Assembly: GCA_017609645.1 (NCBI GenBank)
Contig: JAFCDQ010000003.1
Span: 148,846 to 212,845 of the forward strand
Source: Candidatus Woesearchaeota archaeon
GTDB taxonomy: Archaea > Nanobdellota > Nanobdellia > Woesearchaeales > ARS49
Direction of reading: 5' to 3'
Length of the DNA stretch: 64,000 nucleotides
The position numbers and the translations under genes were made by a program. The notes beneath the pieces are model-generated. The model was not told where the DNA came from. It searched no databases and was given only the letters and a program-made list of their open reading frames with translations. Below are positions 44,788-53,671 of this stretch, in pieces (the stretch's first letter is position 1; each line of letters begins with the position of its first letter).

Positions 44788-45762
44788 TTGTTAAGTAATA
44801 TGCATAAAATAGATTTAAAAGATAAAAAAATACTTTATCAATTAGATCTTAATTGCAGGCAGTCTTTTCAAAAAATTGGCAAAAAAGTCAGGTTAAGTAA
44901 AGAATCAGTTTTTTATAGAATAAAAAAACTTGAAGAACAAGGAATTATTGAAAGTTATTCTACATTGCTTGATATTGGAAAGCTAGGTTATACAAGCTTT
45001 AGAATTTTTCTAAAATTTCAAAACACTACTTCTTCAAAAGAAGAAGAAATAATTAATTATCTTAAAAAAGAAAAAATAGTTGGCTGGTTTGTAACAATTG
45101 AAGGTAATTGGAATGTGAATCTTTGGTTAATGTCTAAAAATGTTGAAGACTTTGATTCTTTCTGGATAAAATTCAAGGAAAAATACATTAATTATATTGC
45201 TAAACAGAAGCTTGCTGTGTTTACTAACATCACATATTTTTCTAAATCATATCTAATAAATAAATTCAATAAAGACAAATGCAGGTTTGTATCTCCACCA
45301 AAACAAGGAAAAATTGATAAAATTAATTTAGAAATTTTAAAACTCTTAGCATCAAATGCTAGACTCCCTACAGTAGATATTGCTCAAAAACTTAAAATTT
45401 CAGCCAAAACTGTTGCTCATAGAATTAAAGATTTAGAAAAAAAGAAAATAATTGTCGGTTTTAAACCATTACTTAATCTTAATAAATTAGGATATTCTTA
45501 TTATAAAGCGCATTTTAAACTGCATAATTTAACTAAAGAAAAAGAAAAAGAAGTAAGGTATTTTATTTTTCAACAGCCCAATATTGTTTATGATAATATA
45601 GCTATTGGGGGCTCTGATCTAGAAATTGATATTCAAATAGAAAATAAAGAAAAACTTCGTGAATTAATCAAAGAAATAAAAGACAAATTCTCTTTAATTA
45701 TCCAGGATTCTGAAATACTGCATTATTTGAAAGAGTATAAGTATGTTACTTTTCCTGTTTAA
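44788..45762 (+). CDS. Tandem-duplicated Lrp/AsnC-family transcriptional regulator (324 aa)
   Basis: Two AsnC-type HTH modules (KILYQLDLNCRQSFQKIGKKVRLSKESVFYRIKKLEEQGII and LEILKLLASNARLPTVDIAQKLKISAKTVAHRIKDLEKKKIIVGF). Confidence 0.8.
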   Translation: MLSNMHKIDLKDKKILYQLDLNCRQSFQKIGKKVRLSKESVFYRIKKLEEQGIIESYSTLLDIGKLGYTSFRIFLKFQNTTSSKEEEIINYLKKEKIVGWFVTIEGNWNVNLWLMSKNVEDFDSFWIKFKEKYINYIAKQKLAVFTNITYFSKSYLINKFNKDKCRFVSPPKQGKIDKINLEILKLLASNARLPTVDIAQKLKISAKTVAHRIKDLEKKKIIVGFKPLLNLNKLGYSYYKAHFKLHNLTKEKEKEVRYFIFQQPNIVYDNIAIGGSDLEIDIQIENKEKLRELIKEIKDKFSLIIQDSEILHYLKEYKYVTFPV

Positions 45763-45770
45763 TGCAAAAA

Positions 45771-46901
45771 TTAAATCTTTACCAATTCTCCATCCACAAC
45801 TCTGAATGAATCATATTGAACTAAGATATCTCCATTGTCATCAAAAGTTATCTCTTGCATTAATCCTTTCCATCCTTTTGTATTGTACAATTCTTTCTTG
45901 ATGCAATCTGTATCTTCTCCGCATTTTTCCATTTTTTCTGCCAAAAGAAAAACTCCATCATAAATTGAAGCACAATATATCCCTAATTCGCATCCTGTCT
46001 CTTCTTGGACATACTTGAATTCTTCAGTAGTCTCATCAAAATGAGCTTTTTGAGTTATCATTCCTTCTAAATAATTCTTCCCCTTTTTCAAGGTGTCGCC
46101 AAAAGTAAAAGCTTCATTTCCGAAAAGTTGTGCTGATATTGTTTGTTCAGTTATTTGCTTAGCAAACATTATAGCTACACGAATATTCTGCGCATTTAAG
46201 TACAATGCATCAGGATTGGCTGTTTTTATTTTTATTAATTGAATTCTTATGTCTCTTTCATTAGAATTAACGACTTCATCAGCGACTATCTCTCCTCCTA
46301 GTTTTTTGATTTCTTCTTTAAATTTTTCTCTTAATGCTTGTGCATAATCAGTATTTTCTGAGAGTACTGCTATTTTTTTATTGCCCTCTCCTAAAATTTT
46401 CTTCGCAGCAACAACAGCTTGATATTCATCAGAACCAATATTTCTAAATATATAATCTCCTGCATTAGTAATCTCAGGGCTTGTTGACCCAGGGGATAAC
46501 ATTATTATTTTATTTTCTTCTGCAAATGGCGCAGCTCCTAATGTTTCGCCTGAACAAAATCCTCCAAAAATTACTTTTATATCTTTTAAATTAATTAGTG
46601 TTTGCGCTGCAGTTAATGCATCTTTTGGATTGCACCTACCATCTTCAAAAACTAGCTCAAATTTTATATTTTTATTTTCTACTTTTAATTTTTTATTTAA
46701 ATCTTCTAATGATTTTTGTATTACTTTTTGTGCAGGCATTCCATAAATAGAAGCATCACCTGTTAAAGGCAATATTAAACCTATTTTATATACTTTTGTA
46801 CCAGTTACTATAATTTCTTTTGATTTTGTTGCAACTTGAGTTGTAGTGCAAGCTGTAACTAAGAACAACATGATTAAAATTGTAAATAGGTTTTTTTTCA
46901 T
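45771..46901 (-). CDS. LivK-like substrate-binding lipoprotein (close paralog of 43566..44681)
   Basis: Lipobox VTAC followed by a TTTQ linker; the 3'-end nucleotide sequence is about 85-90% identical to 43566-43760. Confidence 0.8.
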   Translation of the reverse strand: MKKNLFTILIMLFLVTACTTTQVATKSKEIIVTGTKVYKIGLILPLTGDASIYGMPAQKVIQKSLEDLNKKLKVENKNIKFELVFEDGRCNPKDALTAAQTLINLKDIKVIFGGFCSGETLGAAPFAEENKIIMLSPGSTSPEITNAGDYIFRNIGSDEYQAVVAAKKILGEGNKKIAVLSENTDYAQALREKFKEEIKKLGGEIVADEVVNSNERDIRIQLIKIKTANPDALYLNAQNIRVAIMFAKQITEQTISAQLFGNEAFTFGDTLKKGKNYLEGMITQKAHFDETTEEFKYVQEETGCELGIYCASIYDGVFLLAEKMEKCGEDTDCIKKELYNTKGWKGLMQEITFDDNGDILVQYDSFRVVDGELVKI

Positions 46902-46980
46902 TTTTTGCCTACCTCAAGTTCTAATTTTTTATCTACCTTAAATTATTATTAATAAGTCAAAACTAAATATTTAATCTTTT

Positions 46981-46998
46981 TACCAAACATGTTTGGTA
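46981..46998. promoter_or_regulatory. Perfect 18-bp palindrome TACCAAACATGTTTGGTA between the HTH_10 regulator gene and the LivK-like gene at 45771..46901
   Basis: It is self-complementary over all 18 nt. A degenerate copy overlaps the regulator's own start codon at 47653-47669. Confidence 0.45.
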
Positions 46999-47002
46999 TT
47001 TT

Positions 47003-47653
47003 TTATTTAGAATAAGATAATAAGTTTGGAATAAGTTTCTCTTCAGCTACTCTTATATGCTGTTGATAAGTCGCTAAAGAAACTCCTGTAAGCTTAGCTA
47101 GTTTTCTTAAATCTGTTTTTTTAGGAGTTTTATAATATCCTTCTTTTATTGCCAGTTCTATTGCTCTTTTTTGTTTTGCAGTTAAATCCGGCATTAGTTT
47201 TGGAAAAAACACATTGTCAATGTTTATTTTATTAAATTTTAATAATTCAAAATTTTTTATTCTTTTTTTGACTTTGTTAACAAATTTAGAAACTTCTTCT
47301 TTTTCCCAAGAAGCTATTTCCCACGTTTCATAGCCTTTATCATCGATTAATACTGGCTTGACAAAGATTATTTTTGGCGTATAAAACTCAACTGCTTTGA
47401 TTTGAGCTTTTTCTAAAAGGAAAAACATATCTCCTTTTTGTTCTAGTTTTATTACGTTTTTGTCTTTTTTTAAGTCTAAAACAAAATCAGTCATATTTGA
47501 AGGTCTGCCTGCCATATACTGCAAAGAAGATGTAACAGCTCTTCCTTTATCTTTAAAAACAGAAAAAACAACTCCTTGTATGGTTATCTTAAACTTTTCA
47601 CATCTATTCCCTATTATACAATCATGTTTAAACTTAAACTTTGCTATCCACAT
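47003..47653 (-). CDS. Transcriptional regulator with a C-terminal HTH_10 (bacterio-opsin-activator-type) domain; paralog of 41709..42368
   Basis: C-terminus LTAKQKRAIELAIKEGYYKTPKKTDLRKLAKLTGVSLATYQQHIRVAEEKLIP. Confidence 0.7.
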   Translation of the reverse strand: MWIAKFKFKHDCIIGNRCEKFKITIQGVVFSVFKDKGRAVTSSLQYMAGRPSNMTDFVLDLKKDKNVIKLEQKGDMFFLLEKAQIKAVEFYTPKIIFVKPVLIDDKGYETWEIASWEKEEVSKFVNKVKKRIKNFELLKFNKINIDNVFFPKLMPDLTAKQKRAIELAIKEGYYKTPKKTDLRKLAKLTGVSLATYQQHIRVAEEKLIPNLLSYSK

Positions 47654-47669
47654 ACAAACATGTATGGTA
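47653..47669. promoter_or_regulatory. Degenerate copy (TACAAACATGTATGGTA) of the 18-bp palindrome, placed between a TATA-like TTTATAAAA and the regulator's ATG
   Basis: Matches TACCAAACATGTTTGGTA at 15 of 18 positions and overlaps the start codon at 47653. Confidence 0.35.
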
Positions 47670-47757
47670 TTAGGTTTTATAAAAGTTTTGAAAAATTAGA
47701 AGGCCAATAAATTTTCTCTCATTTTACTAATAATTGTTCAAAGTTCCTGTTAAATGT

Positions 47758-48930
47758 TTAATTAAACTCAACTATTTCTCCTTTTTCTGCATCAATTATT
47801 TGTTTCATTGCAAAGTTTATTCCTTCTAGATCTCCGTTTTTATCAAACTCGTATTTTCCTATTACGCCATCATATTCTGGCATAGCATACAAATAATCTC
47901 TGATGCATTCTGTGTCAATTTTTCCGCAGGATTCTATTGCATTCTTGATTATGTAAACAGTGTCATATCTTGCTCCAATTTGATAATCGCTTGGGGGCTT
48001 AGAGTACTTGCTCAAGTATTTGTTCAAGAAACTGGTGGCTTTTGAATTGTTTTTGCTTAGTCCAGGCGTATCTACAAATTTAAAGCCATTTAATGCATTC
48101 CCTGCATTTGTTAATGCATCTCCGCTGCTAAAAGCAAAATTGCCGTAATATGGAATATTTATGAGAAGTTCTTTTGCCTGCTTGACTGCTAAACCTCCTG
48201 AAAGTCCTGTTTGCGGGTTAAAGAAAATAGCTTCTGGCTTTGATGCTTTTATTTTTGTTAATTGAATTCTATAATCTTTTGATTCCATCTCAAATATTTC
48301 ATCTGCTATTATTTCTCCACCTAGTTTTTTAAATCGTTGCAAAAATACTTTTCTTACGCCTTGTGAATAATCTTTATTTTCTGTTAAAACTGCAACTTTT
48401 TTATAGCCGTCATTAAAAATCATTTCAGCGATTGCTTCGCCCCCTTCAACATCTGAAGGTGAATTTCTGAAAATAAAATCTCCTGCATTTGTTATATCTG
48501 AGCTTGAAGAAAATGCTGATAATACAATAACTTTGTTTTGTTCAGCTATTGGTGCTATTGCTAATGTTTCTCCGCTGCATGCACCTCCTAGAATAATCTT
48601 GACATTATCAACATTGATTAACTTATTTGCCGCTGTTGTAGCATCTTTTCCACTGCATTTTCCATCTTCATAGATAACTTCAACTTTCATGCCATTGATT
48701 CCTCCTTTAGAATTGATTTCTTCTAAAGCCAGTTCAATAGCATTTTTCTCTCCTTGGCCATAAGATGCTCCGTCACCTGTAAGAGGAATTATAGCGCCTA
48801 TTTTATATATTTTAATCCCTGTAACAATCACTTCCTTTGCTGGCTGTGCAACTTGAGTTGTCGTGCACGCTGTCAAAAATAATATAAGAAATATTATTAC
48901 ATTTATTTTGTTTATTTTTTTCAGGTTCAT
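47758..48930 (-). CDS. LivK-like substrate-binding lipoprotein
   Basis: The track ORF begins at a TTG at 49002. The ATG at 48930 gives MNLKKINKINVIIFLILFLTAC with lipobox LTAC followed by a TTTQ linker. Confidence 0.8.
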   Translation of the reverse strand: MNLKKINKINVIIFLILFLTACTTTQVAQPAKEVIVTGIKIYKIGAIIPLTGDGASYGQGEKNAIELALEEINSKGGINGMKVEVIYEDGKCSGKDATTAANKLINVDNVKIILGGACSGETLAIAPIAEQNKVIVLSAFSSSSDITNAGDFIFRNSPSDVEGGEAIAEMIFNDGYKKVAVLTENKDYSQGVRKVFLQRFKKLGGEIIADEIFEMESKDYRIQLTKIKASKPEAIFFNPQTGLSGGLAVKQAKELLINIPYYGNFAFSSGDALTNAGNALNGFKFVDTPGLSKNNSKATSFLNKYLSKYSKPPSDYQIGARYDTVYIIKNAIESCGKIDTECIRDYLYAMPEYDGVIGKYEFDKNGDLEGINFAMKQIIDAEKGEIVEFN

Positions 48931-48970
48931 TTTTTTCACCTTTAAAATTAAATTTTTTTCATAATTAAAG

Positions 48971-48988
48971 AATTTTCTATAGAAAATT
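48971..48988. promoter_or_regulatory. Perfect 18-bp AT-rich palindrome AATTTTCTATAGAAAATT in the divergent promoter region between the LivK-like gene and the tandem Lrp gene; overlapped by a second inverted repeat AAATTTTGC-N6-GCAAAATTT (48984-49007)
   Basis: Both are self-complementary. A TATA-like TTTAAATA at 49005-49012 lies 22 nt before the Lrp ATG. Confidence 0.35.
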
Positions 48989-49034
48989 TTGCATAACCGC
49001 AAAATTTAAATATTATTATGTAGTTTCTGCATAT

Positions 49035-50009
49035 ATGAAGCTTGATTTGATTGATAGAAAGATTTTATATGAACTGGATTTTAATGCAAGAATGCCTTTG
49101 ACTAAATTAGCTAAAAAGCTTAGGATTTCAAGGCAGGTTGCTGATTATAGGATTAAGAATTTAGAAAAAAAAGGCATAATAGAAGAATATTTTGTCATTG
49201 TTGATAATGCAAAACTTGGATTAAATTATTTTAGGTTAGTCATCCAAATGACAGATTTTCCAAAAATTAATGAAATTCTTGAATTTGGTAAACAAAATCC
49301 TAATTTGGCTTTTTTAGGCCTTCTTGATGGAATGTGGAATTTATGTATAGGAATTTGGGTCAAGGATATTTCAGAATTTGAAGACTTTTTACGATATGTT
49401 CTTTATAAATACGGAAATTATATTTCAGATAAAGAAGTTTCAATCGGTTTTCAAATCAGACATTTTCAGTCAGGTTTTTTATTAGACAAAAAAGATAATA
49501 AGGAATTCTTAACTGGTGGAAAATTATTTAAAATTAAGCTTGATGATATTGATAAGAAATTACTTATATTATTAAGTAAAAATGCCAGGGAATCAATTTG
49601 TAGTTTAAGCAAAAAGCTTAATATCAGTGAAAGAAGTGCAGCATATAGGATTAGACAATTAAAAAAGAGAAAAGTTATTCTTGGTTATAAAACAAAAATT
49701 GATTATAAAAAACTAGGTTTTTTTAATTATAAAGTTTTTTTTAATTTTAAAAAATTAGAAAAAAAAGATGAAACCGCTTTAATTTTTTATCTCAAACAAC
49801 TGCCAAATTGTATTTATGTGACAAAACCAATAGGAATGGCAGATTTAGAATGTGAACTTCTGATTAGAACAAGAGAAGACTTTTTTAATATAATGCAGGA
49901 AATCATGGAAAAATTTGGATATATCATTAAAAAATACGAACACTTAGTTATTTACAAAGAGCTAATATTAAGATATATTCCTGTAAATTATGACTCTAAT
50001 AAAAAGTAA
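49035..50009 (+). CDS. Tandem-duplicated Lrp/AsnC-family transcriptional regulator (324 aa)
   Basis: Two AsnC-type HTH modules (KILYELDFNARMPLTKLAKKLRISRQVADYRIKNLEKKGII and LLILLSKNARESICSLSKKLNISERSAAYRIRQLKKRKVILGY). Confidence 0.8.
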   Translation: MKLDLIDRKILYELDFNARMPLTKLAKKLRISRQVADYRIKNLEKKGIIEEYFVIVDNAKLGLNYFRLVIQMTDFPKINEILEFGKQNPNLAFLGLLDGMWNLCIGIWVKDISEFEDFLRYVLYKYGNYISDKEVSIGFQIRHFQSGFLLDKKDNKEFLTGGKLFKIKLDDIDKKLLILLSKNARESICSLSKKLNISERSAAYRIRQLKKRKVILGYKTKIDYKKLGFFNYKVFFNFKKLEKKDETALIFYLKQLPNCIYVTKPIGMADLECELLIRTREDFFNIMQEIMEKFGYIIKKYEHLVIYKELILRYIPVNYDSNKK

Positions 50010-50023
50010 AGAAAAAATAAAAG

Positions 50024-51226
50024 TTATCTATGCAAAAAGCACCTTTCATGTGTGTCGAACAACACTAATCCCATCTCATCTGCCATGAATATCACATCAG
50101 TATCTGCAGTTGAGCCTCTGGGAAAGATTATTCCTTTGATGCCATATTGTGCAGCTAACTTAACAACATCAGTCGCAGGCATAAAAGCATCTGAAGCCAT
50201 GAATGTTCCTTTTGATTGATATCCTCGTTCAGATAATCGAATAGCATCCATTGCAGCATCTATTCTGCTTCTTTGCCCAGAACCAATGCCATGTGCTTTA
50301 TTTTCTGTTGCAATAACAATTGCATTTGATCTTGTGTGTGCTGCCACATGCCATGCAAACAGCGCTGTGTATATATCATCCTCTGTTGGTTTTTTCTTTG
50401 AAATACACTCAAGATCTTCAGGTTTCCAAATGTTAGTTTGATATCTGTTCTCAACCAACAAACCACCTGCAGTTCGTTTATAGTCTATTCCACTATCTTT
50501 TACTGGCTCTGAAATATCTGGCATCTGCAAAACTCTTAGTGGTTTTCTTTTCTTTAGTGCTTCTAATGCTTCGTCAGTATAGGATGGTGCTATCAACACT
50601 TCTGAATTTTTCTTAGGTTTTGCAATCTGCTCTGCAACTTCTTCAGTTACTTCATAAGATAAAGCAATAACTCCTCCAAAAGAAGATAATTCGTCTGCAA
50701 ACCATGCTCGTAAATAAGTTTGTAATGGGTCTGTTCCTCTTGCAACGCCGCTTGGCATTTCATGTTTTACTATTGTTGCAACTAAAGTATCTACACTCTC
50801 GTTCTCAAATAATTCTTTGTCATTTTGTTTGTTTGAAAGTTCATGAAGTGATTTTGTCAATCTTAAAGCCAAATCAACATCTCCTATGTTGATATAACCT
50901 AAACCTTTTGTTCCTTCTTGCAATACTTCAAATGTTGCTGTGCATGGTCCTGAAGCTCCGTCTTCTCCATAAAATGCAGCAGATCCTCCTGGATTCTGAC
51001 CATATCTAAGAGAGAGTTTTTTACTAAACGTTGTTGAAGATTCCCGAATAAGTTGCATCAATTCACGGTCTTGATCAATGTCTAATCCTTGGTCATTTTC
51101 CAATCCCAATCTTTCTAATTTTAGTTTAATAAATTTATCCATATCTATAATTGCACATTGTTCTGGAAAAGATTCGTCTACTTTTTTCACATATTTTTCT
51201 TTACTTGATTCCTCTACCATTCTCAT
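50024..51226 (-). CDS. purH: AICAR transformylase, domain-only PurH (lacks the N-terminal MGS-like IMP cyclohydrolase domain)
   Basis: LRYGQNPGG (PurH LRYGENPHQ motif) and the C-terminal ...GIKGIIFPRGSTADTDVIFMADEMGLVLFDTHERCFLHR match the AICARFT domain; 400 aa. Confidence 0.8.
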   Translation of the reverse strand: MRMVEESSKEKYVKKVDESFPEQCAIIDMDKFIKLKLERLGLENDQGLDIDQDRELMQLIRESSTTFSKKLSLRYGQNPGGSAAFYGEDGASGPCTATFEVLQEGTKGLGYINIGDVDLALRLTKSLHELSNKQNDKELFENESVDTLVATIVKHEMPSGVARGTDPLQTYLRAWFADELSSFGGVIALSYEVTEEVAEQIAKPKKNSEVLIAPSYTDEALEALKKRKPLRVLQMPDISEPVKDSGIDYKRTAGGLLVENRYQTNIWKPEDLECISKKKPTEDDIYTALFAWHVAAHTRSNAIVIATENKAHGIGSGQRSRIDAAMDAIRLSERGYQSKGTFMASDAFMPATDVVKLAAQYGIKGIIFPRGSTADTDVIFMADEMGLVLFDTHERCFLHR

Positions 51227-51984
51227 TCACCTCTCTCACTTCTATTTATTCTAAAAAATTTGTTATTAATATTATTAATATCTCTTTCTTGGAAAGCAAC
51301 TGCAACACTTACTCTAAAATCATCTTTGCCTTGTTCTGGTTTTAATGCTTCATAAACAGCTTCTGCTATTTCTTCAGGAGTTTTTCCTTTTAATTCAACA
51401 TCGAATGGTTCTCCTGTAAAAGAAGGAACTGGTTCTACATTCGGTCCTGCATATGTTGTGATTGATTTTCCTTTTCCTGAAATTAATGGAAACTCAAAAT
51501 GATATCTTAATGTTTCATCATTTTCTGCTTTTTTCAATATGCCTAACACAGCCACATTATCTTCTCTCATAACTATGCCACCAATTCTTGGCGTGCAGTA
51601 TTTATCATCTTCATATGACCATTTGTCAGAATGATTTTTTGAAAACGCAGAAGTCATAACTTTCATTGGAGAAGTACCATTTATAAAATAAGAATGATCA
51701 ATTGCTGACATATGGTCTCCATTAGCGATCAGTAAAGCTCTGTCAGCCATTATTGCATTATCATAAAGAAGCAAATCAACTTTTCCTTGTTTAACTGTGT
51801 CTTCATCAATAGCCTCGATTTTGACATTATTTCCAACTACTTCCAATTTCCTTGCCCTGCTTGGCGGACTTCTTCCTGTCAATGCATAAACAACAACATT
51901 ATTATCATCTATCTGTCCAATTATTATAACTCGTCCAAGATATTCCCATTTTGCTAAATTTTCCAATCCTTCTCCTTTTGTCAT
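51223..51984 (-). CDS. purO: Archaeal IMP cyclohydrolase PurO
   Basis: YLGRVIIIGQ...YALTGRSPPSR...TPRIGGIV parallels M. jannaschii PurO (YLGRILAVG...YRVSSRSFPNR...TPRIAAAI). Overlaps purH by 4 nt. Confidence 0.75.
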   Translation of the reverse strand: MTKGEGLENLAKWEYLGRVIIIGQIDDNNVVVYALTGRSPPSRARKLEVVGNNVKIEAIDEDTVKQGKVDLLLYDNAIMADRALLIANGDHMSAIDHSYFINGTSPMKVMTSAFSKNHSDKWSYEDDKYCTPRIGGIVMREDNVAVLGILKKAENDETLRYHFEFPLISGKGKSITTYAGPNVEPVPSFTGEPFDVELKGKTPEEIAEAVYEALKPEQGKDDFRVSVAVAFQERDINNINNKFFRINRSERGE

Positions 51985-51986
51985 TT

Positions 51987-53633
51987 TTATTCCTCCTTTC
52001 TAAAAGATAATTTTAATTCTTTAAGACGAGCTTTTGCATATGTAACAGGAATTGCTGTTAGTCTGCCTGCATCGCCAATATTATTTTCAGGTTTAATTAT
52101 TCCTAGAATTTCATCTCTCACATCAAAGGTTATTTTATTGTCTGCTAAAAGTTTGCTTGTCAAATAAACATAATCACTTTCTTGTACTTTTCTTCCCATT
52201 GTTTTTTCTTTCAAAGTATCATATGCATCTGATATTCCTTCTCTTTTAAGTATTGTCTGCACAGCCGCTGCTGACATTTCTGGATGTTCATCTACTTCTT
52301 TTTGAATATTGTCATAATTTGGTTCATATTTATTTATCTCTTGAATTAATCTTTTTATTCCAATTATTGTTTTTGCAAAAGGTTCTCCTATGCCTCTTCT
52401 TTGTATTGATCTTCTTAAATCTCCCTGCATCTTATATTTAATCTGTCTTTCAAATCCTTGAAATTCTGCATTTGCTTCTGTCAAATATTCTTCTGCTCCT
52501 TCTGACAGCCAAGGATTTGTTTTCTGCGCCATTACAGAAGATCCTGATTCTCCTTTTGTTGTCTTTTTCTGAAATAATCCTCGACTGCAATAATCCCAAA
52601 AGTCAGCGCAAACTTTTATCAAAACATTATTTGTGTTTACAACATCATCATAGAATTTCTGATGCTGCACTCCAAAAACAGGCTGGTCTGCCATTAACTC
52701 AAGTTTTAATTTTAAAATACCTTCAACAAAATATCTGCCAAACTCATCCCAGTCAGCATAATCAGGATATGCTGCAATTAAGTCATTATTATTTCCAATT
52801 GCTCCTCCTAATTTTCCCGGCATTAATAAATATTTATTTGCAAAATTATCTAGTTCAATACCTAAAATAGAAATAAAATTAGCAAATACTTTATGCAAGG
52901 TTGTATATTCTGCATATTGGCCGTGTGTTTGTCCTGCAAATACAGCAGGATCCCAAGTCTCAACTTTTTTAATTAAAGTTTCTTGCAGTTTTAACAATGC
53001 AGGCATATAATGTTCTTTAAACAGTTCTTTTACTGTTAAACTATAAACATTTCCATCAATATCGTCTGATGTTAATGCAAAATGTATGGCTGATTCAACT
53101 TCATTTCTTATGTCTTTTTCCAAAGAATCTCCTAGTTCATATACCATCCATGTTGTCATCGCAACTACATCATGATTTATTTCTCTGTCAAGCAGTTGTA
53201 TTTTTCTAAAATCATTTTCATCAAAATTCTTATACAAGCTTCTTAACTTTTCTTTTTCTTTGTCAGTAAATTCTCTACTTAAAAGATGTTTTTTCTCACC
53301 TTCATATTCATTACAAATAACATCAGTTAATGCAATCAAATATTCTACTTCAACATATACTCTTTTTCTTGTCCATTCATATTGTGATGTAACAGAATGC
53401 AATTCATCAACATATCTATCATATCTTCCTTCTATTGGAGATATCGCATGCATTCTTTTCTTTAGTTTTTCATTTGTTTCAATAGTGTTAAGTAAATAAG
53501 TAATAACTGATTCATCAACCTCTTCAGAAAGTTCGCGCATCAATAATTGTTTTGTATCTAATATAATATTGTCAAACTCAGAAATAAGATGTTCTAATCC
53601 TTTTCTTTTAAGTATTTCTGTATTTTTTACCAT
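51987..53633 (-). CDS. purB: Adenylosuccinate lyase with an N-terminal extension of about 60 aa
   Basis: ISPIEGRY (PurB SPxDGRY motif) and the fumarate-lyase signature GSSVMAQKTNP. The real start may be the internal Met at 53453. Confidence 0.8.
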   Translation of the reverse strand: MVKNTEILKRKGLEHLISEFDNIILDTKQLLMRELSEEVDESVITYLLNTIETNEKLKKRMHAISPIEGRYDRYVDELHSVTSQYEWTRKRVYVEVEYLIALTDVICNEYEGEKKHLLSREFTDKEKEKLRSLYKNFDENDFRKIQLLDREINHDVVAMTTWMVYELGDSLEKDIRNEVESAIHFALTSDDIDGNVYSLTVKELFKEHYMPALLKLQETLIKKVETWDPAVFAGQTHGQYAEYTTLHKVFANFISILGIELDNFANKYLLMPGKLGGAIGNNNDLIAAYPDYADWDEFGRYFVEGILKLKLELMADQPVFGVQHQKFYDDVVNTNNVLIKVCADFWDYCSRGLFQKKTTKGESGSSVMAQKTNPWLSEGAEEYLTEANAEFQGFERQIKYKMQGDLRRSIQRRGIGEPFAKTIIGIKRLIQEINKYEPNYDNIQKEVDEHPEMSAAAVQTILKREGISDAYDTLKEKTMGRKVQESDYVYLTSKLLADNKITFDVRDEILGIIKPENNIGDAGRLTAIPVTYAKARLKELKLSFRKEE

Positions 53634-53671
53634 GCTTTCTCTCTATAAAATTTAAAATAAAAAAATAAAAT

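Noticed and set aside
46981-46998. 18-bp palindrome as a transcription terminator for the HTH_10 gene
   Set aside because: In the transcript sense the hairpin is followed by AAAAGATTAAAT rather than an oligo-U tract, and archaeal terminators are mainly T-tracts. An operator role fits the matched second copy at the regulator's start better.
53453-53633. Calling the first 60 codons of purB a separate upstream mini-gene
   Set aside because: There is no stop between this segment and the PurB core, and no internal RBS. I treated it as an N-terminal extension or start-site ambiguity instead.
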